This document shows positions 22,774 through 33,818 of a stretch of 64,000 bases of DNA, piece after piece. How positions within the stretch are numbered: the stretch's first letter is position 1; every line of letters starts with the position of its first letter. The notes below the pieces were generated by a model. That model was not told where the DNA came from and did not search any database. It worked only from the letters and a program-made list of their open reading frames with translations. Source of the stretch: Ascoidea asiatica JCM 7603 (taxonomy: Eukaryota > Fungi > Ascomycota); contig BCKQ01000017.1 in assembly GCA_001600695.1 (NCBI GenBank), positions 160,629 through 224,628 on the forward strand. The letters are read 5' to 3'. A program made the translations under genes and the position numbers.

Positions 22774-24861
22774 ATGAATTCTTATCTAAAATTTTCAAAA
22801 AACTTATATATTAATTATTTCAAAAATAAAAATTCAATAAATTTAGTAAATTCAATAAATTCAATTAGATTCTATTCAAGAAAAATGTCAATTTCAAAAA
22901 CTACAATTCCATTTTCCAGAGAGCAATTAGAAAGTACTCTTAAAAGAAGATTTTTTATTGCTCCTTCTTTTGAATTATATGGTGGTGTTTCAGGTTTATA
23001 TGATTATGGTCCACCAGGTTGTGCATTTCAAGCAAATATTATTGATATTTGGAGAAAACATTTTATTTTAGAAGATGATATGTTAGAAGTTGATTGTTCA
23101 ATGTTAACTCCATATGATGTTTTAAAAACTTCTGGTCATGTTGATAAATTTTCTGATTGGATGTGTAAAGATTTAAAAACTAATGAAATCTTTAGAGCTG
23201 ATCATTTAATCGAAGAAGTTTTAGAATCAAGATTAAAAGGTGACAAAGAAGCAAGAGGTCAATCAATTAATGAGGATAATACTGAAAATGATAAAGATAA
23301 AAAAAAAAAAAAGAGAAAAAATAAAGTTAAAGAAATTAAAGCAATTAAATTAGATGATGAAACTATTGAAGAATATAAATCAATTTTAGCAAAAATTGAT
23401 GGCTATTCAGGTCCTGAATTAGGTCAATTAATGGAAAAATATAATATTTGTAATCCAACAACTGGTGATAAATTAGATCCTCCAATTGCTTTTAATCTAA
23501 TGTTTGAAACTGCAATTGGTCCTTCTGGTCAATTAAAAGCTTATTTAAGACCAGAAACTGCTCAAGGTCAATTTTTAAATTTTAATAAATTATATGATTT
23601 TAATAATTTAAAAATGCCCTTTGCTTCTGCTTCAATTGGTAAATCTTTTAGAAATGAAATTTCTCCAAGATCTGGTTTATTAAGAGTTAGAGAATTTTTA
23701 ATGGCTGAAATTGAACATTTTATTGATCCAAATGATAAATCTCATAAAAATTTTGATGAAATTAAAGATTTAAAATTATCTTTTTTACCAAGAAATATTC
23801 AACAAGAAGGTAAATCAACCCCAATTATTGATAAAATTGAAAATGCAGTTTCTTCAAAAATGGTTGATAATGAAACTTTAGGTTATTTTCTTGGTAGAAT
23901 TTATTTATTTTTAATAAAAATTGGTGTGGATTCAAAAAAAATTAGATTTAGACAACATATGGCAAATGAAATGGCTCATTATGCTGCTGATTGTTGGGAT
24001 GGTGAATTATTAACTTCATATGGTTGGATTGAATGTGTTGGTTGTGCTGATAGAAGTGCTTATGATTTATCTGTACATTCTGCAAAAACTAAAGTTAATT
24101 TAGTTGTTAGAGAATCTTTACCAGAACCAATTGAAGTTGAAAAATTAGAATTAACAATTCAAAAAAAAAAATTTGGTCCAAAATTTAGAAAAGATGGTTC
24201 AAAAGTTGAAAATTGGTTATTAGAAAGAAATGAAAAACAATTAGAATCTTTAAAAATTGAATTAGAGAAAAATGGAAAAGTTGTTTTTAAAGTTGAAGGT
24301 ATTGATTATGATATTGAACTTGATAAAAATTTTATTGATATTCAAAAAGTTACTAAAAAAGAACATATAAGAGAATATACTCCAAATGTTATTGAACCAT
24401 CTTTTGGTCTTGGACGTATTATATATTCAATATTTGAACATCAATTTTGGGCAAGACCTGAAGATCCTGCAAGAGGTGTTTTATCATTTCCACCTTTAGT
24501 TGCACCAACTAAAGTTTTATTAGTACCACTTTCTAATGTTAAAGAATTTTCACCAATTATAAAAGATATTTCAAAAATTTTAAGAAAATTACAAATTCCA
24601 TTTAAAATAGATGATTCATCAGCTTCAATTGGTAAAAGATATTCAAGAAATGATGAATTAGGTACACCATTTGGTATTACTATTGATTTTGAAAGTATTG
24701 AAGATAAATCAATAACTTTAAGAGATAGAGATTCAACTAAACAAGTTAGAGGATCTATTGAAAATGTTGTTAAAGCTATAAAAGATATGACATATGAAGG
24801 AATTAGTTGGAATGAAGGTACAAAAGAATTAACACCATTTGACTCAAAATCAGAAGAATAA
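22774..24861 (+). CDS. GRS1: Glycyl-tRNA synthetase, dual mitochondrial/cytosolic (second ATG at 22885)
   Basis: LKRRFF, YDYGPPG, YLRPETAQG, FRNEISPR, VIEPSFG; 37-aa presequence-like extension. Confidence 0.97.
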   Translation: MNSYLKFSKNLYINYFKNKNSINLVNSINSIRFYSRKMSISKTTIPFSREQLESTLKRRFFIAPSFELYGGVSGLYDYGPPGCAFQANIIDIWRKHFILEDDMLEVDCSMLTPYDVLKTSGHVDKFSDWMCKDLKTNEIFRADHLIEEVLESRLKGDKEARGQSINEDNTENDKDKKKKKRKNKVKEIKAIKLDDETIEEYKSILAKIDGYSGPELGQLMEKYNICNPTTGDKLDPPIAFNLMFETAIGPSGQLKAYLRPETAQGQFLNFNKLYDFNNLKMPFASASIGKSFRNEISPRSGLLRVREFLMAEIEHFIDPNDKSHKNFDEIKDLKLSFLPRNIQQEGKSTPIIDKIENAVSSKMVDNETLGYFLGRIYLFLIKIGVDSKKIRFRQHMANEMAHYAADCWDGELLTSYGWIECVGCADRSAYDLSVHSAKTKVNLVVRESLPEPIEVEKLELTIQKKKFGPKFRKDGSKVENWLLERNEKQLESLKIELEKNGKVVFKVEGIDYDIELDKNFIDIQKVTKKEHIREYTPNVIEPSFGLGRIIYSIFEHQFWARPEDPARGVLSFPPLVAPTKVLLVPLSNVKEFSPIIKDISKILRKLQIPFKIDDSSASIGKRYSRNDELGTPFGITIDFESIEDKSITLRDRDSTKQVRGSIENVVKAIKDMTYEGISWNEGTKELTPFDSKSEE

Positions 24862-24989
24862 TTTTAATGATTGTTATTTATATACAGTATATGTGAAAAG
24901 CAAAAAAAAATTTATTAACAAGATATAAGAATCATTTTCTATATTTATGTATCTATATAATTGGTTATATTACTAATTTATTAGTTTAT

Positions 24990-26222
24990 TTAGGTTTTTA
25001 TTTTATTTATTTTAATTTTAGATTGAATATCAGATTCAAATTTTTTAGACATTTTTTCAAATTCAATATCTATAATTGAAGTCGGTTTTGAAACTAGAGG
25101 TTTTATTGAATTATTATCAATTAATTTTTTAATTGAATTTAATTTATTCTGATTTATTTTAAAATTATTTTGAATATTTAAATTTGAATTATATGGTTGA
25201 AATCTTAATGGTAAAAAATATTCTAATAGAATATTCTGAAAAATTGAAAAACAATTTGAAGAAATCCAATATAAAATTATTAAAACTGGAGCTTGAAAAG
25301 ATATACAAATCATAAAAACCACTGAAGTTCTTGAAATATTTGTTATACTATCATACATTGTAAATTTTTTATTTGATAAAGTATTTCTTAAACCTAAAAT
25401 ATTTTTTGAGCCTGAACCATTATTAAAAACAAATCTTGATAACCATTCAATATTTGTTAAAGAAACAAGACCTAAAACTATTGGTAAAATACAATATGGA
25501 TCTGGCATTGAATAATCATTAATCCATAAAAAATTTGATTCATTCATTAAAGTTGGATCAATTAAAGAAGTTGCAGTTGAATTTGTAAAAATATTTTTCC
25601 AACCAGATATTTCTCTAATTATTAAAGATATTGTAATCCATAAAGGAAATTGAATTAAAGGTAAAATTAAATTTTTCCAAGTTTGACATTTAAATTTTTT
25701 ATAAATTAATTTTGATCTTTTTTTTTTCTCTTTTAAAGATAATAAAACTATTTGTTCATAAGATAAATTTGAATTTATTGAGAAATTATTTATATCATTA
25801 GGATTTTTTTTAATTTTTTTATTACTTTCATACATTTTATTTAATAAATTATATTTAAAAACTGGTAACATTGAATTTATTAAAGGTTCTAATTCAATTT
25901 TTTTTTTTAATCTAATTCTATTAATTACTGAGAATGGTAAAGTTAAAAAAGTTCTTAAAGCAAAAGTTGATAAAGGTATAAATAACCACCATTGTAAACC
26001 AGATTGAATATGAAAATTTTGAAAATTTTGAGTTAAAATTGGTAAAATTTCATTGATTTCATAAAATTTATTAATTGAAGTTGTTGAAAATTTTTTATTA
26101 TTTGAAATTTTTGAAAATTTTGAAAAATTATGAAAATTTGAATTTATAATTGAATTTTTTATTATTATTGAAGATATATATTTATTTACAGAGAATTTAA
26201 TTGGAATTTGATTTAAAAGCAT
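24990..26222 (-). CDS. COX18: Cox18 (Oxa1/YidC family) inner-membrane insertase
   Basis: GLQWWLFIPLSTFALRTFLTLP, CQTWKNLILPLIQFPLW, LTNIEW, LYWISSN.FS..QN; no long Oxa1-type C tail. Confidence 0.88.
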   Translation of the reverse strand: MLLNQIPIKFSVNKYISSIIIKNSIINSNFHNFSKFSKISNNKKFSTTSINKFYEINEILPILTQNFQNFHIQSGLQWWLFIPLSTFALRTFLTLPFSVINRIRLKKKIELEPLINSMLPVFKYNLLNKMYESNKKIKKNPNDINNFSINSNLSYEQIVLLSLKEKKKRSKLIYKKFKCQTWKNLILPLIQFPLWITISLIIREISGWKNIFTNSTATSLIDPTLMNESNFLWINDYSMPDPYCILPIVLGLVSLTNIEWLSRFVFNNGSGSKNILGLRNTLSNKKFTMYDSITNISRTSVVFMICISFQAPVLIILYWISSNCFSIFQNILLEYFLPLRFQPYNSNLNIQNNFKINQNKLNSIKKLIDNNSIKPLVSKPTSIIDIEFEKMSKKFESDIQSKIKINKIKT

Positions 26223-26560
26223 TTTTAAAATGTTTTAATATGTCATTTTAATATATATTATTTGATATTTGTTATTAATATGAAATAAAAAATATACTGT
26301 ATCTAATCATTATTAAAAATATCGAATATTTAACCATTATTTATTTATTTTTTATTTATATATTTGATTTAACGTGTGATGTGAAAAAATATACCGTTCG
26401 GGGTTTTGTAAGTTTTAAGTATGGTAAATAAGGTAAGTAAGGTAAGTTTGTTAAGTATGGGTAGATTTATTATTATTACTAGGAACATTTTATTACTATA
26501 TACAAAAATTAAAGGATAAGGATAAGGATAAGAATAAGAATAAGAATAATCAAAAGAATA

Positions 26561-27469
26561 TTAATTTTTAGATAAATCTTTTAAAGTTATAAGTTTACTA
26601 TTTGAAAAAGAATTATTGATATTATTGTTGTTAGTATTCAATTGATCAATTTGAATTTGTAAAGGAGATTTTTTATTATTAATTCTTAATTTAGATAAAC
26701 CTTTATTTTCAGATAATATTTTTAAGAAATTATTTTTTGAATTTGAATCAGTCGATAAAGATTCTTTTAAAAGATAACCTCTATTTGAAGGATTTGAATA
26801 ATAAGCAATATCTTTTCGACGAATTGGTCTTGCATGTAAAGGTAATCTATTATATTTTTTTAAGAATTTTGAAGGAGCTAAATGAGATTGTAAATTTAAT
26901 TTATTTAAATATTTTGAAGTAAATTCACCACCATTATTTTCAATAATTTTAATTGCATCTTTTGAAGCTTTTGTTGCTTCAATTTTAAGATTTTTAATAT
27001 TAAAATTATTTTTACCATTTGCTAAAATTTTTACACCAAATTTTATTGAACCAGTAATTAAACCAATTTTTTTCATAATATATATAGATAAAATACCATT
27101 TGAATTTAATTTTAATCTATTATTATCATAAAAATTTTGAATTTTATTTAAATTTAATTCATTTAAAATTTTTTTATTATTATTTCTAAAACCAATTTTT
27201 GGAAATAATTTAAAAATTGGAGTTTGACCACCTTCAAACCAAGATTTTATTGAACCTCTTGCTTTTTGACCTTTTTGACCACGACCAGAAGTTTTACCTT
27301 TACCAGAAGATGGACCTCTACCTAATCTTTTAATTTTTTTTGTTGAATTTTCTGAAGGTTTTAAAATTGACATAATTGAAGCATTTCTTTTATTATTTGA
27401 ATTTATTGAAGTTATTAAGGTTTTAGAAACCTTAAAGGACTTTAAAGTCCTGGGTATGATTTGAAACAT
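26561..27469 (-). CDS. MRPL10: Mitochondrial large-subunit ribosomal protein uL15m
   Basis: [44 protein letters not shown]. Confidence 0.95.
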   Translation of the reverse strand: MFQIIPRTLKSFKVSKTLITSINSNNKRNASIMSILKPSENSTKKIKRLGRGPSSGKGKTSGRGQKGQKARGSIKSWFEGGQTPIFKLFPKIGFRNNNKKILNELNLNKIQNFYDNNRLKLNSNGILSIYIMKKIGLITGSIKFGVKILANGKNNFNIKNLKIEATKASKDAIKIIENNGGEFTSKYLNKLNLQSHLAPSKFLKKYNRLPLHARPIRRKDIAYYSNPSNRGYLLKESLSTDSNSKNNFLKILSENKGLSKLRINNKKSPLQIQIDQLNTNNNNINNSFSNSKLITLKDLSKN

Positions 27470-27480
27470 TATTTAATATT

Positions 27481-27526
27481 ATTTTATTCTATTTTATTCT
27501 ATTTTATTCTATTTTATTCTATTTTA
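27481..27526 (+). repeat. (ATTTTATTCT)n decamer repeat in the MRPL10 5' leader
   Basis: Direct reading: 4.5 units. Confidence 0.9.
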
Positions 27527-28855
27527 ATATAGAAGAATATCATAAATGATTATTTAATGATTGAATAAATAAAATAATTCAATAATTATAATCTAATGAT
27601 TAAAAGATAATTCTTGGGTTTTCCTTCTTTTTTAATTCGATTTTCTTCAAATCTCTTTGATTTCCAGTGAAGAATTGAAATTTGAAATATTCATCAATAA
27701 CGACAAGAAAATAAGAACACGTGATGTTTTTTTATATATTTAATGAAATAAAGCAGTGGCGGATAATGCGCACGGAATAGTAAGTAAAGCCACGGATAGT
27801 AAATTAGGAACAACGGATTTGAAATGAGGCTAGTGAATTTTTAATTCACGGCTAGTGGTATAGTGGCTAGTGTATAGTGGCTAGTGTATAGATGGCGATT
27901 TTGTGAGTGAGGATTAAACACACCTGGGATCTAGGAGTGTGAAGAATTATTGGAGCATTTAAAACTGTCCTGTTGTAAAAGGGATTTATCGTGGACAACA
28001 GCACCAGTAGCAGGACAGACCGCGCGTTCCGCACAGCTGGCTGAGCAGCAGAAGCGCAGCAGCAGAAGGGGCTGGTCGGCCGGCCAGCAAAAGGCCACTG
28101 GCCGGGTGCGCCGCTAGCTGGAGAACTCAGCTACCCCAGCGAGAAATGAGAGCGCGGTGATTCGCCGGTGGCCGGGGATGAGTGCGGAGTAGTACTAAGT
28201 ACTAACAGTGGTGGTACTGTTAGTATGTGAGTGTTCAGTTCTCTGTGCCCTCTCTGTTTCAGTGCGAGTGCTGTAAATGTTTGTTGTGTGCTCGTTCTGC
28301 TTAAGTACTGGAAGTTACTGGTGCTATTTTCTTGAGTACTGTTTCTGGTACTCCGAGTTTTTGTCTGAGCGTTTGACTGTTTCTGCTGCTCTTGCACCAA
28401 ATTTAGCCCATTTTCAGATTCACCCCAATTCAGATCACTCTCAATGAAAGAAGGAACTGGGAGAAGTGAAATTGAATCAAATCAATCTCAATTCACTTAT
28501 ATTCAATATATTCAATTACATTAAACTATTCAAACAAGTCAATTCAATATTCATTTTCTCTTTCAGTTCTCTTTCAAATTAATAATCAATTAACCATATT
28601 CATTTTATTCAATTTCACTTAATAATAGGTTTCGGTAATGATAATATTATTTAAGAATTGTTTAATAATCTGAATATCATCATTACTCTTTAAATTTATC
28701 TTTATATCTACATTTATATTCTTTTTATATTCTTTTTATATTCTTCTCTTATTCATATCTATATTCTTTTCTCATTCATATTCATTTTCATATTCATATT
28801 CATAATCTTACTCATATTCTTATTCTTATAAATAGTAACAATAATAATAAAAACA

Positions 28856-30193
28856 ATGCATGGCGATAATATAGAATTGGAATCTTCTAAAGTCACTTTA
28901 TTAGATCCTCTGGCTTCAAATGTTACCACTTTAAATAATTCTCCTTCTCCTTCAAATATCAATAATAATAATATCAACAATAATAACATAAATAATAATA
29001 TTAATAATGATTACAATACTTATAAAAAAGGTAAACAGATACCGATTTTATCTTATTTAAATCAAACTCAAATTTCTGCTTTTTCTGGTGCTTTAGCTGG
29101 TTTTCTTGCTGGCGCTGTAGTTTGTCCATTAGATGTAGCTAAAACTCGTTTACAAGCTCAAGGTATTTTAAATAATATAAATATTTCCAATAATAAATCA
29201 ATTAAATCAATTAAATCAAATAATTTAAAATATAAAGGTATTTTTAAAACTTTATCAAAAATTGCAAATGATGAAGGTTTACCTGGTTTATATAGAGGTT
29301 TAATACCAATAACTATGGGTTATTTCCCAACTTGGATGATTTATTTTACTTGTTATGAAAAGGCAAAAAAATTTTATCCAAATTTTTATAAATCAAATTT
29401 TTTTTTTCTTAATCAAAAAAAAAATATTGATTTTTTAAATTATTTATCATATTCTTCATCTGCTGTTACTGCTGGTGCAATATCTTCAACTTTAACAAAT
29501 CCAATTTGGGTTGTAAAAACAAGAATTATGTTACAAACTGGTAATGGTGGTAATATTTATGATCCTTTAAATAATGATACTTCAAAAAAAAATAAAAATT
29601 ATTATTCTGGTACTTTAAATGCTTTTTATAAAATGTATAAAAATGATGGTTTAAAAATCTTTTTTTCTGGTTTAATTCCTTCTTTATTTGGTTTATGTCA
29701 TGTTGCAATACAATTTCCAATTTATGAACATTTTAAAAAAATTTTAAATTGTAATATAAATGATTCAAATAATAAATATAAAATTTTAATTAAAAAAGAT
29801 TCAAATGCAAAAAAAGAAAGATTTTTTTATTTCTTAAAATTAATTCTTTCTTCTTCTTTATCAAAAATGATCGCTTCAACTTTAACTTATCCTCATGAAG
29901 TTTTAAGAACAAGATTACAAATTACTTCAATGACAAATAATTTATCTAAATTTAATAATAATAATAATAATATTATTAATAATAACATAAATAATACAAT
30001 TAATAATAACATAAATAATCCATCTTCAAAAGGTTTAATATCAACTATCTATTCAATATTTAAAAATGAAGGTATAAAAGGTTTTTATAGTGGATTTGCA
30101 ACTAATTTAACAAGAACTGTACCTGCAAGTGCTGTAACTTTAGTTTCCTTTGAATTCATAAAATATTATTTAGAAAGTATAAATTCTTTATAA
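28856..30193 (+). CDS. YIA6: Mitochondrial carrier, NAD+ transporter type (Ndt1/Ndt2)
   Basis: Three PX[D/E]XX[K/R] repeats with the second as PIWVVKTR; CPLDVAKTRLQAQG, GYFPTWMIYF, TYPHEVLRTR, RTVPASAVTLVSFE. Confidence 0.85.
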   Translation: MHGDNIELESSKVTLLDPLASNVTTLNNSPSPSNINNNNINNNNINNNINNDYNTYKKGKQIPILSYLNQTQISAFSGALAGFLAGAVVCPLDVAKTRLQAQGILNNINISNNKSIKSIKSNNLKYKGIFKTLSKIANDEGLPGLYRGLIPITMGYFPTWMIYFTCYEKAKKFYPNFYKSNFFFLNQKKNIDFLNYLSYSSSAVTAGAISSTLTNPIWVVKTRIMLQTGNGGNIYDPLNNDTSKKNKNYYSGTLNAFYKMYKNDGLKIFFSGLIPSLFGLCHVAIQFPIYEHFKKILNCNINDSNNKYKILIKKDSNAKKERFFYFLKLILSSSLSKMIASTLTYPHEVLRTRLQITSMTNNLSKFNNNNNNIINNNINNTINNNINNPSSKGLISTIYSIFKNEGIKGFYSGFATNLTRTVPASAVTLVSFEFIKYYLESINSL

Positions 30194-30326
30194 CAAATTA
30201 ATCAATTAATCAATTAAACAAATCAACAAACCTACTTATAATATAATATACAGTATATAATAATATTCAAATATAATAATATTCAAATATAATAAATACA
30301 CTTTTTTTGCTTTTTTTTTTTTTTTC

Positions 30327-30950
30327 TCAAATAATGATCTCCAATTTACCTAAGATTATACCAAAATCATAAATATTGATAAATGTATTACCATTCACAG
30401 ATTGTGTAAAAATCATATTAAAAATTTCTTCTGATGATATTTTTGAATCTAATTTTAAGGATATGATTAAATTTTGAAGTATATTTATTTCAATTTTAAA
30501 ATTTAAAATTTTTTTTTCATTTTTATTTTCATTATTACTTTTTGAAAATTTTTTTAATTTTTTTTCTTTAATATAATTAATAATTAAATTCCAATATTCT
30601 ATAATTTCATTCCAGTTATCTCTTAATATTAAAAATTTCACACAATAAAAAATTAATTTATCAAAATCAATTGTATTTAATTTTAAATCTATTAATCCAT
30701 CTATAATAAATTCTTCAAATGGATTTTTATTAAATTCTAAATATTTATTTATTATAATTTTTGGAATTTTTAATGAATTTAATAAAAAAATTTCTAAATC
30801 ATTAATTTTCATATCTTTTGTCTCAAAATCTTGTCCAATAAATTCATCAATTACTTCATTTTCTAATTCTTCTGGAATATTAAATAAATCTTTATTTAAA
30901 TTATAGTCATCATAACTAACCAAAAATATATTCTTATTTATTTTTTTCAT
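30327..30950 (-). CDS. RAD33: Rad33 nucleotide excision repair factor
   Basis: IPEELENEV, IDFDKL, C-terminal YDFGIILGKL, resembling Rad33 YLDFGCVLGKL. Confidence 0.75.
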   Translation of the reverse strand: MKKINKNIFLVSYDDYNLNKDLFNIPEELENEVIDEFIGQDFETKDMKINDLEIFLLNSLKIPKIIINKYLEFNKNPFEEFIIDGLIDLKLNTIDFDKLIFYCVKFLILRDNWNEIIEYWNLIINYIKEKKLKKFSKSNNENKNEKKILNFKIEINILQNLIISLKLDSKISSEEIFNMIFTQSVNGNTFINIYDFGIILGKLEIII

Positions 30951-30978
30951 CCTTAATTCACATATTCATTATTCATTA

Positions 30979-31040
30979 TAATTGATTTAATAACTGATTT
31001 AATAATTGATTTAATAATTGATTTAATAATTGATTTAACA
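30979..31040 (+). repeat. 12-bp tandem repeat ATTGATTTAATA x5
   Basis: Direct reading. Confidence 0.9.
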
Positions 31041-31305
31041 ATTAAAACTTAATAGATTTTGTAAGTTTAAATTTCGATTGCCGCTTACGTAATACAATTA
31101 GACCCACAATGATGGTGTTTATTGAAAAACATCGTAAAGTATTTGAATATTTGAATATTTGAATGTTTGAATATTTACTTGACATTTGCTCAATTTCATT
31201 TATTCAATAATTTAAACAATTGTAAATAAAACTTCAGATAATTTTAAGTAATTTCAAATACTTTTTGGTAGTTTTTTATTTCTTTTGTTTTCAATTGAAT
31301 AGAAA

Positions 31306-33051
31306 ATGAGTTTTAAAATAAAACTTAAAGCTCCTGAAAAGGATGATAGAAAAACTTTACCAAAGATTAAAATTAAAACATTCAATCTAAACAATAATAC
31401 CAATAACAACAATAATAATATTCATTTGAAATCAGAACAACCATTAACTCCTAAGATTAATTTCAATTCAATTAAAAAAATTACAACAAAAAATAAAAAA
31501 GCTTTATTACCTAAGATAAAATTTACTCAAGGACCTAGAACTCAACCAATTTTTAGGACAACATTACCTGGTGATGGATATGATTCTGAAGATCCAGAAA
31601 AAGAAAATACTCCATTAAATGAAGATGCGATTATTTTAAGACTATTGAATGATCCTGAATTAGATTATGTTAAACAATGTGTGGAAAGTGGAGATTTTAG
31701 AAATATCACGATAAAATGGAAAGATTGGAGAAAAGCAGTTATATCTATAAATGATTCATTTTATATGGCAAAATTAGTTGATTTACCATGTATAATTGAA
31801 GGTCAAAAAACTGTTGATAAAAAAAATTTTTATAAAAGTTTAGATATTTCTCAAATTTTATTAGCTTTTAAAAAAATTTCAAAAAATGATTATAATGAAA
31901 TTATGAATCCAACTCCATTAAAATCGAATAATAAAAATAAAATTGATAATTTTTTTGATAATAGTTTAGATAATAGTTCAAATACAGATTCAACATCAGA
32001 ATATTCTGAAGAATATCAAAGATTAATTGCAGAATATAATAAAATTAATAATCAATATTCAGATGGTATAACAGTACCAATGAAAAATGTTAGACAATAT
32101 AGATTTAAACCAAGATTAAATTTTAGAGATTTAAATAAAATTGAATCAAAAGTTGAAGAATTATTAAGACTTGATGCAGAAGCAGAATCAATTAATTATG
32201 AAATTATGAGTAAAAATGATTATGAAAAATCTCAAAAACATAAACTTTCTACATATATTGGATATAGTGCAGCTGCAACACCAATTTCAAGTATTGCAAC
32301 ACCACAAGATTTTAATGATGATTTGGAAAGTTTAGAAAACAAAAGAAATGAGAGTGATGAAAATGAAGATGAAGATGAAAATGAGGATGAAGGCAATAAT
32401 GATAATGATAATGATAATGAAAATGAAGATTATGATAACGATATCAATGGTACTGAAAGAAATGATAAAGCTAAATCTAAAGATATCAATAAAGAAGATG
32501 AAAATGAGAATAATTTAGATTATGTAGAAGATTTTGAAAATGAACTTGAACAAATGTTAGAAAGTAATGATGAAGATGATGATGATGAGGATGAAGAAGA
32601 AGAAAATGAAGAAAATAAAGAAAGCAAGGCAGAAATTGCTCAACATAATGAAATATTAAAAGAAGAAATATCTGAACTTGAAGCAACAATTAAACAAAAG
32701 GAAATCGATAGATCAAGAGCACCAAATAAAATTCTTCAGAATAGATTCAATAGTGTCATTTCTAAATTAAAACAAGAATTAGAATATAAAAAGAAACAGC
32801 TCAAAACTTCAGAAAATATTGAAAATAATGAAATTGAAAAAGATAAAGAAAATGATAATAATAATAATAATGATGATAACAATAATGGAAATATAAAAGA
32901 AAGTAAAACGGAAAATGGGTTGATTCATGAAGGAATTCAAAAAAATAGTATTCAAGATTCTACTGATAACAAACTAAATTCAGCAAATACAGAAACTCAA
33001 GCTATTGAAGAAATCTCTGATGAGGATGATGATTTAGATGATTTATTCTAA
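31306..33051 (+). CDS. TAF7: TFIID subunit 7
   Basis: PGDGYDSE, IILRL, AKLVDLPCIIE..KT.DKKNFYK..DISQ.L, GITVPM.NVR, VEELLRLD.EA; acidic tract then coiled coil. Confidence 0.93.
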   Translation: MSFKIKLKAPEKDDRKTLPKIKIKTFNLNNNTNNNNNNIHLKSEQPLTPKINFNSIKKITTKNKKALLPKIKFTQGPRTQPIFRTTLPGDGYDSEDPEKENTPLNEDAIILRLLNDPELDYVKQCVESGDFRNITIKWKDWRKAVISINDSFYMAKLVDLPCIIEGQKTVDKKNFYKSLDISQILLAFKKISKNDYNEIMNPTPLKSNNKNKIDNFFDNSLDNSSNTDSTSEYSEEYQRLIAEYNKINNQYSDGITVPMKNVRQYRFKPRLNFRDLNKIESKVEELLRLDAEAESINYEIMSKNDYEKSQKHKLSTYIGYSAAATPISSIATPQDFNDDLESLENKRNESDENEDEDENEDEGNNDNDNDNENEDYDNDINGTERNDKAKSKDINKEDENENNLDYVEDFENELEQMLESNDEDDDDEDEEEENEENKESKAEIAQHNEILKEEISELEATIKQKEIDRSRAPNKILQNRFNSVISKLKQELEYKKKQLKTSENIENNEIEKDKENDNNNNNDDNNNGNIKESKTENGLIHEGIQKNSIQDSTDNKLNSANTETQAIEEISDEDDDLDDLF

Positions 33052-33818
33052 TGCTGTATTTTAATGCTTTTGCAACTAATCCACTATTTACCAGAGTATT
33101 TCATCAAAAATTATACCTTGATGAATAATTCAATTGTTAATTTAATCCGTATTTTATAAATATATTTTTGCTTTTGTGGAGGAAGCGAAATAAAGTGGTC
33201 TTTTGATTTAACTATAGAGTTTGGGTTGCCCAGGATACTACAGCTAGTATGTATAAACGTGTACTCATGCATATTTAAGGATAAACAGAGAATTTGTTTA
33301 GATTAGTGTATGGAGATGATATTAGGGATTTCTAAAATGAAATGAAAATAAAAAAAAAGTATGTCCCAGCATCGCATTAATGCAAGGATTACTATTAAAA
33401 GTGAGTTATTATATATGAAATTAAATTTATGAATGAAGAAAGGGTGTATCAAATGCTAATTTTAGCTGTGCATATTGAAGGTAGCTTGTGTTTCGATCCC
33501 TGTCTTTTTATACTTATACCAATTTATCACCAGGGGAACAAATTATAGAAGTTATAATTTAATCATATTTAAACTACAATTAAATTGCATTTAGACTGAA
33601 TTCAAACTAGGGGTAAATGGAAGATGAGCTAGTATGATTTTTATTAACATGGGCATTTTCATTCTTCTCAGACTTGGCAGCCCATTGGTAAACTCCAGAG
33701 GTCGAAGCAACGAATGTTTGTAGGCTCGTTCTCTTTCTTTTAATGGCATTTATGTTTATATAAGTGTAGCTTCTCCCAGTCTTTTTTGGACTTTTTGTTG
33801 ATCCAATCACTATGGTAA

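Noticed and set aside
26405-26462. Repeated GTAAGT donor-like motifs
   Set aside because: Antisense to both flanking genes with no branch point; simple repeat.
28103-28145. GGGTGC...CCAGCG resemblance to a fungal TPP riboswitch
   Set aside because: The CTGAGA and GAAC(C/T)TGAT core elements are missing.
28418-28444. CCCAATTCAGATCACTCTC resembling the vertebrate RNase P RNA CR-V
   Set aside because: No matching CR-I/P4 partner upstream, and it does not fit the yeast RPR1 consensus.
33359-33465. Plus-strand GTATGT...TGCTAAT...TAG possible intron
   Set aside because: Weak branch site; splicing from the nearest ATG hits a stop within four codons; no snoRNA boxes inside.
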